64,000 nucleotides of DNA from contig JBGPGO010000001.1 in the NCBI GenBank assembly GCA_041483895.1, positions 416,001-480,000 on the forward strand, written 5' to 3'. The translations under genes and the position numbers were made by a program. This DNA comes from Fimbriimonadia bacterium (lineage in GTDB: Bacteria > Armatimonadota > Fimbriimonadia > Fimbriimonadales > JABRVX01). The notes under the pieces were generated by a model that saw nothing but the letters and a program-made list of their open reading frames with translations, had not been told where the DNA came from and made no database searches. Shown piece after piece: positions 9,114 through 17,479 of the stretch (position 1 is its first letter; each line of letters starts with the position of its first letter).

Positions 9114-10717
9114 AGATTGCCACCATCGTATCGGCCATACACATCTTCCAATGCCTTTGACAACTCTCCTAGCGTGGCGTAGGTCTTCGCTGCCGCGACC
9201 AGCTCCGGCATGACGTTTTTGCCGTCCCTTGCGGCCTGTCGAACGTCCGCGAGCGCCTTTGTGACCGCCGCGTTGTCCCGATTGGATTTGAGAGATTGCA
9301 GTTCGCGCGCCTTTTCCTCTCCCAACGCACGGCTGATCTTCAGTATTTCGATGTCGTTCTCTTCCTCTTCCACATATTCATTGACGCCGACAATGATACG
9401 CTCTCTGTTGTTAACCCGCTTGCTATCATAGTATGCGGCATCGGCGATCTCTTTTCGTATATATCCCGACTCAATGGCGCGTATCATGCCACCCATTTCG
9501 TCAATGCGATGTATATACTCCCATGCCTCGTCTTCCAAATCCTTTGTCAATCGCTCCACGTAGTAGCTGCCACCGAGCGGATCCACGGTGTTGGTGATAC
9601 CCGTCTCGTGCGCCAGTACCTGCTGCGTGCGCAGGGCGAGTGTTACCGCGCTTTCCGTCGGCAAGCTGAGTGTTTCATCCATGCTATTCGTATGCAGCGA
9701 TTGGCAGCCGCCGAGCGCCGCCGCCATCGCCTGATATGCCACGCGCATCAGGTTGTTATAGGGCTGCTTGTTGTAGAGCGAGCAGCCCGCAGTCTGCGCA
9801 TGGAACCGCAGCCATAGGGAGCGCTCGTTTTTGGCATGGAATCGGTCCCGCATCAGGTGCGCCCACAATCGCCGTGCGGCGCGATATTTGGCTATCTCCT
9901 CGAAGAACTCGTTGTGCGCATTGAAGAAGAAGGAGAGTCGGGGCGCGAACAAGTCCACATCCAATCCCCGCTTCATCGATTCTTCGACATAGGTGATACC
10001 ATCATAGATGGTAAATGCCAGTTCCTGACCGGCCGTGGATCCTGCCTCGCGAATATGATATCCACTGATACTGACAGGGTTGTATTGCGGCATTTCTTGG
10101 GCGCAGAACTCGATGGTATCGATCACCAATTTGACGGAGGCCTGTGGCGGATAGATGAACTCGTTCTGTGCGTGGAACTCCTTGAGTATATCATTCTGGC
10201 ATGTACCACGGAGCTGGTCGCGCGCAACGCCCTCCTTGTCGGCGGTCGCGATATAGAAGGCCAGGATGATGGCGGCGGGCGCATTTATCGTCATGGAAAC
10301 GCTGACCCCGCCCAGGTTGATTCCGCCGTAAAGAACCTCAAAATCCTTGAGCGTATCGACCGCAACGCCGCACTTGCCGACCTCACCGACCGATAGCGGA
10401 TCGTCGCTGTCCCGCGTCATCAACGTCGGCAGGTCGAAGGCGGTGGAAAGCCCCGTCTGGCCCTTGGCAAGCAGAAACTTGAAACGCTCGTTGGTCTGTT
10501 GCGGCGTGCCGAAGCCCGCGAACTGCCGCATGGTCCACAGCTGTTTGCGATACATCACCTTGTGGATGCCGCGAGTGAACGGGAACTGACCCGGCTCGCC
10601 GATCTCCTCCGGCTTGATCTCTTTCAGGTCATCCGGTCCGTAGACGGCCTTTACCGGCCTGCCGGATATGGTGACAAATTCCGGCTCTTTCTGCTCGTGC
10701 TTCAACTCTGTAGCCAT
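9107..10717 (-). CDS. Acyl-CoA mutase large subunit (isobutyryl-CoA mutase-like specificity residues)
   Basis: PGQFPFTRG, WTMRQFAGFG, QNDILKEFHAQN, SISGYHIREAG, SLHTNSMDE; no B12 domain. Confidence 0.93.
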   Translation of the reverse strand: MATELKHEQKEPEFVTISGRPVKAVYGPDDLKEIKPEEIGEPGQFPFTRGIHKVMYRKQLWTMRQFAGFGTPQQTNERFKFLLAKGQTGLSTAFDLPTLMTRDSDDPLSVGEVGKCGVAVDTLKDFEVLYGGINLGGVSVSMTINAPAAIILAFYIATADKEGVARDQLRGTCQNDILKEFHAQNEFIYPPQASVKLVIDTIEFCAQEMPQYNPVSISGYHIREAGSTAGQELAFTIYDGITYVEESMKRGLDVDLFAPRLSFFFNAHNEFFEEIAKYRAARRLWAHLMRDRFHAKNERSLWLRFHAQTAGCSLYNKQPYNNLMRVAYQAMAAALGGCQSLHTNSMDETLSLPTESAVTLALRTQQVLAHETGITNTVDPLGGSYYVERLTKDLEDEAWEYIHRIDEMGGMIRAIESGYIRKEIADAAYYDSKRVNNRERIIVGVNEYVEEEENDIEILKISRALGEEKARELQSLKSNRDNAAVTKALADVRQAARDGKNVMPELVAAAKTYATLGELSKALEDVYGRYDGGNLW

Positions 10718-10820
10718 TGCCAACCCCTTCGTTGCGCGAATTTCCGTTCAATTATAGCCGGAATCGCTCGGCACATCTTCGGTTTGTGCATAATAGTCAA
10801 AACGGTGCCGAGAGGAACCA

Positions 10821-11018
10821 ATGACCCAAATTACGGTCCCAATCCCAGACGAACAATTGCAGGAACTTCACGAGAAGGCCAATCGCCTCGGCGTTTCGAT
10901 AGAGCTTTTGGCCCGAATCGGTATCGAGTCGATATTGGTCGATTTGGCCGAGGATTTCGAGAAGGCGTCAGGCTATGTACTGAAGAAGAACGCTGAGCTG
11001 TACAAGCGGCTAGCATAA
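10821..11018 (+). CDS. Ribbon-helix-helix antitoxin
   Basis: Small RHH-like protein ending VLKKNAELYKRLA, directly upstream of a Doc toxin. Confidence 0.85.
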   Translation: MTQITVPIPDEQLQELHEKANRLGVSIELLARIGIESILVDLAEDFEKASGYVLKKNAELYKRLA

Positions 11019-11408
11019 GTGCGTTATCTTTCCAGCGGCGAAGTCCTACGGTTGTACGATATTGTCATTCACCAACACGGTGGCATGGCAGGCATTCGGG
11101 ATATTGGCGCGCTCGAATCTGCACTAGCCCAACCTCGCATGACGTTCGACGGCGTTGAACTCTATCCGACAACGATTGACAAGGCTGCAGCGCTCTGCTT
11201 TTCGCTCGTCATGAACCATCCGTTCGTTGACGGAAATAAGCGGATTGGACATGCGGTTTTGGAAACGTTCCTGGTATTGAACGGATTGGAGATCTCGACC
11301 TCGGTTGAGGATCAGGAGCGAGTCATTCTCGGTATTGCATCCGGCGAAGTTCAGCGCGATCAGTTTGTCGATTGGCTTGGGGCAAACTCAGTACCTTTCG
11401 GCGGTTAA
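11019..11408 (+). CDS. doc: Doc (death-on-curing) Fic-family toxin
   Basis: IRDIGALESAL and HPFVDGNKR Fic/Doc motif. Confidence 0.93.
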   Translation: MRYLSSGEVLRLYDIVIHQHGGMAGIRDIGALESALAQPRMTFDGVELYPTTIDKAAALCFSLVMNHPFVDGNKRIGHAVLETFLVLNGLEISTSVEDQERVILGIASGEVQRDQFVDWLGANSVPFGG

Positions 11409-11412
11409 CCAC

Positions 11413-12585
11413 TCAAGTTATCTTCAACCGCCGCAATAATCCCTTCATCGTAACCGCCTGCACAATCACCGAAAAAGCCACGACTCCAAATGTCGCGACG
11501 GAGATCGCCTCCCGGTTGGGGAAATCGTCCGGCAGGCCGAGAACCAACGCCAGCCCGAGCGCCCCGCGAAGGCCGCCCCAAAACAGAATGTGCTGATGCG
11601 ACAAGGACACCTTCCAGCGCGACCAATGGAAGCCGAGCGACGTGGTGTACACAGCCAGCGCACGCGAGAATAGCACGAGCAGAATCGCGACACAAATCGT
11701 CTCCCAATATGACAGCATCGGCACATGAACGACGCGCAAGCCGATAAGCAAAAAGATAACAGAGTTGGCGGCGAATGCCGCAAACTCCCAAAACGACTCC
11801 ACTGCCTCCCGCCCGCGGTCGGAAAACGCACCGATAGGCCCCGTGTTGCCGAAGATCACCCCCGCTGTTACTGTGGCCAATATGCCGGAAAGATGCAGTT
11901 CGTCGGCAAGCAAAAACGAACCATACGCCGCCACCACAGAAAAGGTGATCTCCACCAAATGATCCTCCGCCCGCCCCGCCAACAGTAAGGTGGCGGCCGC
12001 AACCAATCCGCCGGCCAGAACCCCGCCGCCTGCCACCAACAGAAACGATCCCGCCGCGCCCGCCGTCGTCGTCGAAACGCCGTTCACATACGCTGTCGCC
12101 AAACCAAACGCGACCACAGCCGCGCCGTCGTTGACCAGACTTTCCGCGTCTACCAGCAGCTTCAGCCGCCCACCGATGCCTGTTTCCCGGAAAAGAGCGA
12201 TGACGGACACTGGGTCCGTCGCGGAAATCAGAGCCCCGAACACCAGCGCGACCGGAAGCGCCCAACCGATGAAAAGATGCAGCCCCCATCCCACGACAAA
12301 CGTGCCGACCACCACACCAATCATCGCTAGGAGCCCGACTGGAAACAAGTCCTTCCGCAGCTCCTTCCATACAAGATTCAGCGCCGCCTCGAAAATGAGC
12401 GGCGGGATGATTGCGGTGAAGATCAGCTCCTTTGTAACGTGCACCGGATTAACGACCGGAACCAGCCCTAATCCGACCCCGGCCAGCACCAGGCCCACCG
12501 TGTATGGCAGTCGGATGCGCCGCGCTAACACCGCGACCAGGGAGGCGACAAGCAGCAAGACGGCAAGGTTTTCGATGCTGATCAT
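11413..12585 (-). CDS. CPA1 Na+/H+ antiporter (NhaP/NhaG-like)
   Basis: PPLIFEAA, ISATDPVSV, ESLVNDG, GGLRGAL; many TM helices. Confidence 0.93.
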   Translation of the reverse strand: MISIENLAVLLLVASLVAVLARRIRLPYTVGLVLAGVGLGLVPVVNPVHVTKELIFTAIIPPLIFEAALNLVWKELRKDLFPVGLLAMIGVVVGTFVVGWGLHLFIGWALPVALVFGALISATDPVSVIALFRETGIGGRLKLLVDAESLVNDGAAVVAFGLATAYVNGVSTTTAGAAGSFLLVAGGGVLAGGLVAAATLLLAGRAEDHLVEITFSVVAAYGSFLLADELHLSGILATVTAGVIFGNTGPIGAFSDRGREAVESFWEFAAFAANSVIFLLIGLRVVHVPMLSYWETICVAILLVLFSRALAVYTTSLGFHWSRWKVSLSHQHILFWGGLRGALGLALVLGLPDDFPNREAISVATFGVVAFSVIVQAVTMKGLLRRLKIT

Positions 12586-12652
12586 TTTTCTACACCTAGA
12601 TTACTCCACAGGCGGCAGCGGTAGCCGCACGCTTTAGCTTGCGCAAATTCAC

Positions 12653-12784
12653 GATGTGTCGGGGTTCACGTTCGGCATTTCCTCGGCCTGCCAGCAACCG
12701 AAGACCCCGACACGAAGAATGAAGAAAACCCCCACCCAACCCTCCCCCTTTTCCAGGCTGGCGCCTGAAAAAAGGGGAGGGCTT
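12653..12784. repeat. Composite repeat, copy 1 (GGGGT-N36-GACCCC inverted-repeat element + CCCTCCCC..GGGGAGGG REP)
   Basis: Direct-orientation homologue at 17277-17434. Confidence 0.85.
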
Positions 12785-12787
12785 CGG

Positions 12788-12815
12788 TTGCCAGGTGAAA
12801 CTATCTGTGTATAAT
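12788..12815 (+). promoter_or_regulatory. Putative sigma70 promoter of the four-gene cluster
   Basis: TTGCCA-N16-TATAAT. Confidence 0.6.
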
Positions 12816-12833
12816 GATTACAGTTAGGGACGA

Positions 12834-12904
12834 TTATCCCTTCACATTCGCAATGTGAAGGGGATCATCAGCATTTATCCCTTCATAGTCGCACTATGAA
12901 GGGT
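12834..12904. repeat. Tandem pair of covarying hairpins in the 5' UTR
   Basis: cccttcacatt-cgc-aatgtgaaggg and cccttcatagt-cgc-actatgaaggg, 41 nt apart. Confidence 0.85.
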
Positions 12905-12919
12905 CTTGAGAGGGGCGGC

Positions 12920-13939
12920 ATGATGACAAGACGATCGACTTTGGCGCTCGCGTGGCTACTCCCGGCGTTGTGCTCGGCAAGCGACGGCAGACTCTATTTT
13001 CGCAACGAGACCACGGGACAAGAAAACATCGGCGCGCTGTACGCGATCCCCGGCGACGTGATCACCCTGCGCTACAGCTACCATAGCGACACGAGTTGGG
13101 GCACGCTGCAGTTCGCGCTGGACCTCACCCAATCGTCCATCATCTCGGCAGCGGACGCGGCCAACTGGTCCACCCAGGTCCGCGCGGTGTTTCCGGCGAC
13201 GGACTACTACACGCGCTTGGTATACGGGCCGGGCGTTCTCTACGACAGCGCGCGGAAGCCCGGCGACACCACTCAGGCGCTCATCGCTTCCAACGCGCTG
13301 TACGGGCTGGTGCAGGTCTCCTACTTCAAGGCGCTATCGAAAGATGTGGACGCGACGCTGTTCCAGTTCACGGTAGCAAACGGCACGGAGACTCAGGAAC
13401 TGCATTGGCTGAACGAGGAGCGCGTAACGCAGAACGGCATCTCCACGCGCGTCATCCTGCCGGGATATCTGACGGAACCGATCGCGGATAACTTCGTACG
13501 GGTACGTCAAAACCACATCGCAGGAAGAATAGAATTTTCGGACGTTGCCGATACATTCAAACCACCCTCATCAGTGATAATGCGCATTTCGCCGACTGGA
13601 GGAACACCGTACTATCAGTGGGTCTCGCTGGACGCATATGGCGGATTCGATCTGCTGCAGCGCGCTGGCACCTGCAAGCTGTCCGTTAAGTATAGCCACT
13701 GGCTACGCCGAACGATATCGGTAGATAATACGCTTGGCGACGTTTCTGGCGCAGTCCTGAGTTTGGTCAATGGCGACGCCTTCCTTGATGGCATCGTGGA
13801 CCTAAGGGACATCAACTGGTTGTTTTTGTGGTGGATGTCTCCTGGCGCACCGTTCTCGGACCTAAATGAAGATGGGTTCACCGATCTGCTGGACCTCAGC
13901 ATCGTATTCATGAATCAGCTGTTGAAGGACGATGATTAG
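12920..13939 (+). CDS. Secreted protein with C-terminal dockerin-like domain (type A)
   Basis: Signal peptide; SHWLRR..LVNGDAFLDGIVDLRD..DLNEDGFTDLLDL; paralogue of 15011-16030. Confidence 0.85.
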   Translation: MMTRRSTLALAWLLPALCSASDGRLYFRNETTGQENIGALYAIPGDVITLRYSYHSDTSWGTLQFALDLTQSSIISAADAANWSTQVRAVFPATDYYTRLVYGPGVLYDSARKPGDTTQALIASNALYGLVQVSYFKALSKDVDATLFQFTVANGTETQELHWLNEERVTQNGISTRVILPGYLTEPIADNFVRVRQNHIAGRIEFSDVADTFKPPSSVIMRISPTGGTPYYQWVSLDAYGGFDLLQRAGTCKLSVKYSHWLRRTISVDNTLGDVSGAVLSLVNGDAFLDGIVDLRDINWLFLWWMSPGAPFSDLNEDGFTDLLDLSIVFMNQLLKDDD

Positions 13940-15014
13940 AATGAACCGCATGCTCGGTACGGTTCAGTTGGCGATGTTGGCGATCGGGATTCTGATCGTC
14001 CCGGCCCATGGTGCATACGAAGCGCGGCTATATTTCTTCAACTCGACAAGGCTCGACGCGCGCAGCGGTCAGGTGAATGCAAATGTTGGTGACGTCATTG
14101 AGGTTTGGTATTACTTCAATGACCTCGACACGATCAGTCCCCGCAACTGGGGAACGCTTCAAACAACGCTTTGCTTTGATGGCCTTTCGCTCGTATCCCG
14201 GACGGATCAGATGAACTGGAACGCATCGATCACTGCCGGAATTAAGAGCGGCGGGTCTCTGGCAGACTTCTTGACGACAGTGATGGGCAATGGGCCCTTA
14301 TACGACAATGCGTTCGATCCGACCGATATCAGCCAATTGAAAATCTGCGACAATGGTCTGTTTCTATACCTAAAGATCGACGAAATCAAACCTAGGGCCC
14401 GAAACTGGGCCATTAAGCTTTGGGAATTCACCGTCCAGCCAGAAAGCGAAGGACAGATTTTGGACTGGACGTTTGCGGGGAGAGACACTACCATCGGATT
14501 ATCGACACGAATTATCGACCAGAAGGGCGCGACCCAAAATATATCTGACAATTATTTAAAGGTGGTTGGCGGCAGAACTGTGACAACTTTTGCTGGAAAG
14601 GTGAACTTCGATCGGATAGTGAATGAGGCGTCAAAACCGGCAACAATGGAGGTCCGAGTGAGGCCGGAGGTCGGGGATGATCGCGTCATCCCGAATGTCC
14701 CGCTGACCCCGGACGGACACTTTCAGATCGAATTGCCTGCGGAACGATACCTAATCTCCTGCCGAGCGCAATCTTGGCTGCGACGGACTGCCTACGTCGA
14801 TCTGACAAGAGGGGACGTGACCGACTTTTCCATCGATCTGCCGAATGGCGACGCATTTGCGGACGGCGTTGTCGACACTAGAGATGTCAATTGGGTCTTC
14901 GTTTATTTCGGATCGCCGGGAGAGAACTACTCCGATCTGAACCGCGATGGAGAGACAAATCTGCTCGATTTGAACATCGTCTTCACGAATTACGGTCTGG
15001 TTGGTGATCCATGA
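13932..15014 (+). CDS. Secreted protein with C-terminal dockerin-like domain (type B)
   Basis: SWLRR..NGDAFADGVVDTRD..DLNRDGETNLLDL..GDP; paralogue of 16027-17073. Confidence 0.85.
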   Translation: MIRMNRMLGTVQLAMLAIGILIVPAHGAYEARLYFFNSTRLDARSGQVNANVGDVIEVWYYFNDLDTISPRNWGTLQTTLCFDGLSLVSRTDQMNWNASITAGIKSGGSLADFLTTVMGNGPLYDNAFDPTDISQLKICDNGLFLYLKIDEIKPRARNWAIKLWEFTVQPESEGQILDWTFAGRDTTIGLSTRIIDQKGATQNISDNYLKVVGGRTVTTFAGKVNFDRIVNEASKPATMEVRVRPEVGDDRVIPNVPLTPDGHFQIELPAERYLISCRAQSWLRRTAYVDLTRGDVTDFSIDLPNGDAFADGVVDTRDVNWVFVYFGSPGENYSDLNRDGETNLLDLNIVFTNYGLVGDP

Positions 15015-16030
15015 TCAGAGCGCTGATCGCATTGCTCCTGACCTCAGTAATATCGACAATGTTTGGATCTTACACGGTCCGGCTCTACTTTCGCAACGAA
15101 ACAACGGGCCAGGAGAACGCCGGGGCGCTGTTCGCTCTGCCGGGAGACAGGATGACGCTGCGCTACAGCTACCACGGCGACACAAATTGGGGCACGCTGC
15201 AGATGGCCATCGATTTATCCCAATCTAGCATTGTCTCTGCGACAGACGCCTCTCAATGGTTATCGCAAGTGAGAGACGTGTTCATGTCCGCAAATTTCTT
15301 CTCCGAAATGATTTACGGGCCGGGTGCGCTCTACGACAGTGCGCGGGAACCAAGCGACAACACCCAACCATTAGTCTCAACGAATGCGCTCTATGCCCTC
15401 GGCCAGATATCCTATAACGATCCGAATTCAAAGGACTTCGATGCGACGCTTTTCAAGTTCACGGTGGCAAGCAGTACGGAGGGCCAGGAACTGCACTGGA
15501 TCAACGAGGGACGCTGGACGCAAGATGGCGTCTCAACTCGCGTAATTCTTCCCGGCCAACAGACGCAGTTGATAACCGATAATTTCGTGCGTGTGCGGCG
15601 CAATCACATCATCGGTAAGATTGATTTTACACGCGCAGCGCCAACCTTCAAAATGCCTTCAACGATCAGCATGCGTTTCACGCCGGCAATTGGATCACAA
15701 TTTAATCAGACCGTCCATTTAGATAGCGGCGGAAATTTCGATGTTGCCCTGCGAGCTGGAGTTTATGACGTATCGGTTCAATACACTCATTGGCTCCGGC
15801 GGTCGATACTAGTGGATGCGAGTCAAGGCGATGTAACCGGCGCAACCTTCACTTTGGTAAACGGCGACGCATTTGTGGACGGACTCGTAAACCTCAAAGA
15901 TATCAATTGGATTTTCGTCTACTTCGGAACCTCGGGACAAAACTATTCCGATCTTAATCAAGATGGGACGACAGATTTATTGGATTTGAACATCGTGTTT
16001 ACGAATTTCGGACTGTCGGGAGATCCATAA
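15011..16030 (+). CDS. Secreted protein with C-terminal dockerin-like domain (type A')
   Basis: ATGA overlap with the upstream gene; RLYFRNETTGQEN shared with 12920 gene. Confidence 0.85.
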   Translation: MIRALIALLLTSVISTMFGSYTVRLYFRNETTGQENAGALFALPGDRMTLRYSYHGDTNWGTLQMAIDLSQSSIVSATDASQWLSQVRDVFMSANFFSEMIYGPGALYDSAREPSDNTQPLVSTNALYALGQISYNDPNSKDFDATLFKFTVASSTEGQELHWINEGRWTQDGVSTRVILPGQQTQLITDNFVRVRRNHIIGKIDFTRAAPTFKMPSTISMRFTPAIGSQFNQTVHLDSGGNFDVALRAGVYDVSVQYTHWLRRSILVDASQGDVTGATFTLVNGDAFVDGLVNLKDINWIFVYFGTSGQNYSDLNQDGTTDLLDLNIVFTNFGLSGDP

Positions 16031-17073
16031 TTAAAACTTTCCTCTGCTTGCTGCTGCTTTGCACGATTGCGACGATGCATGGTTCGTACAAGGTCCGACT
16101 TTATTACCGCAACGCGACGAAGAATACGCAAAATGCGGGACCCGTGGAAGCTGCACCTGGAGATGTTATCGAAGTTTGGTATTCGTTCCACAAGCTGAAC
16201 ACATCGAACCCATTCAAATGGGGAACGCTGCAGGTGACCATCTGTTTCGACGGCCTCTCGACGCTGAGCGATGGCCACATGGCGAATTTTCCCAACGCCA
16301 TTGCTCTGGCGAAGACGGTTGGTGGTCCGCCGACCGAATTTTTGTCCACCGTCACCGGCATTGGAGCACTCTACGATAATGCGATCGACCCGTCGGATTC
16401 CAATTCTCCGAAAGTTTGCAACAGGGGAGTATATGTCCTACTTGGCATCCACGGGCAAAAACCACGAGCACAAGACTGGGATGTCATGCTTTGGAGCTTC
16501 ACTGTCCAAAGTGTGACGCACGATGAGATATTGGACTGGAAATTTGACAATCGCGCTACGTCGAACGGCCTGTCCACTTGCATTTTGGACCAATGCTGTC
16601 GTGGACCGGATATGACCGACAACTATGTTCACGTGAGCCCAAATAGGAGCTTGACCGGGCATATAACATTCACTCGGCTCGCTGCAGGGGCGTTGGGACC
16701 AGATCATGCCGAAATCCGGGCGACGCCGGAGGTAGGGGATGTGATCACGCAGACCGTGTCGGTGGACGCGCGCGGCAACTTCCAGATCACGCTGCCTCCG
16801 GATCGCTACATGATCTCCGTCAGATCCGATTCCTGGCTCCGGCAGACGGGGTATGCCGACCTGACGAACGGCGATCTGTCCGGCTTCGAGATCGAGCTGC
16901 CCAACGGCGACGCGCTGCCGGACAACATGGTCGACCTGCGCGACCTGAATCTGATTTTCGTGTACTTCGGAGAGCCGGGACAACTGTTCTCCGACCTCAA
17001 CCGCGATGGCATAACAGGCCTGATCGACTTCAACATCGTGGTAACGAATTTTGGGATGAAGGGGGATCCGTAG
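16027..17073 (+). CDS. Secreted protein with C-terminal dockerin-like domain (type B'); homologous start codon is ATA
   Basis: In-frame ATA-ATT-AAA-ACT-TTC-CTC-TGC precedes the TTG at 16048 and overlaps the upstream TAA. Confidence 0.8.
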   Translation: MIKTFLCLLLLCTIATMHGSYKVRLYYRNATKNTQNAGPVEAAPGDVIEVWYSFHKLNTSNPFKWGTLQVTICFDGLSTLSDGHMANFPNAIALAKTVGGPPTEFLSTVTGIGALYDNAIDPSDSNSPKVCNRGVYVLLGIHGQKPRAQDWDVMLWSFTVQSVTHDEILDWKFDNRATSNGLSTCILDQCCRGPDMTDNYVHVSPNRSLTGHITFTRLAAGALGPDHAEIRATPEVGDVITQTVSVDARGNFQITLPPDRYMISVRSDSWLRQTGYADLTNGDLSGFEIELPNGDALPDNMVDLRDLNLIFVYFGEPGQLFSDLNRDGITGLIDFNIVVTNFGMKGDP

Positions 17074-17179
17074 CCGTGGGTCGAGTTGGCGATATCATCT
17101 GACTTATAGACCACTAAGACCCACGTAGCTGACCTCTCAGGACAGCCGCTCACCCTATGTTCGGGTTGCGATCGAGGGG

Positions 17180-17255
17180 TCACCCTGAGCTTGGCGAAGG
17201 GGTCTCTTTCTTCCGGGGTTCAGAAAGGGATTCTTCAACTCCGTTCAGAATGACG
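17180..17255. repeat. REP-like short palindromes
   Basis: caccctgagcttggcgaaggg (inverse of ccttcggcaagctcagg inside the 17277 repeat) and gattcttcaactccgttcagaatgac. Confidence 0.6.
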
Positions 17256-17276
17256 ACGTCTTCGTTCCCCCTCGGG

Positions 17277-17434
17277 GATGTGTCGGGGTTCACGCCTGTC
17301 GATATCCGTGGCCGACCGACCACCAAAGACCCCGACACGAAGAACGATGAAAAACCCCCACCCAACTCCTTCGGCAAGCTCAGGACAGGCTCTCCCCCTT
17401 TCCCAGGCTGCCGCCTGAAAAAAGGGGAGGGCTT
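17277..17434. repeat. Composite repeat, copy 2, with a nested REP insertion
   Basis: Matches 12653-12784 plus inserted ccttcggcaagctcaggacagg. Confidence 0.85.
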
Positions 17435-17479
17435 TTGCTGTTGACGAATTTGGGTAGGAGATTTTTCACACGAGGTTAA

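Noticed and set aside
10718..10820. Cobalamin riboswitch upstream of the mutase
   Set aside because: The intergenic space is only ~100 bp, holds divergent promoters, and shows no B12 box.
12920..17073. Diversity-generating retroelement among the paralogues
   Set aside because: Differences are not adenine-specific and there is no reverse transcriptase or template repeat.
17157..17444. 95-aa ORF
   Set aside because: It is a translation of stacked REP elements (DSSTPFRMT, SFGKLRTG), not a gene.
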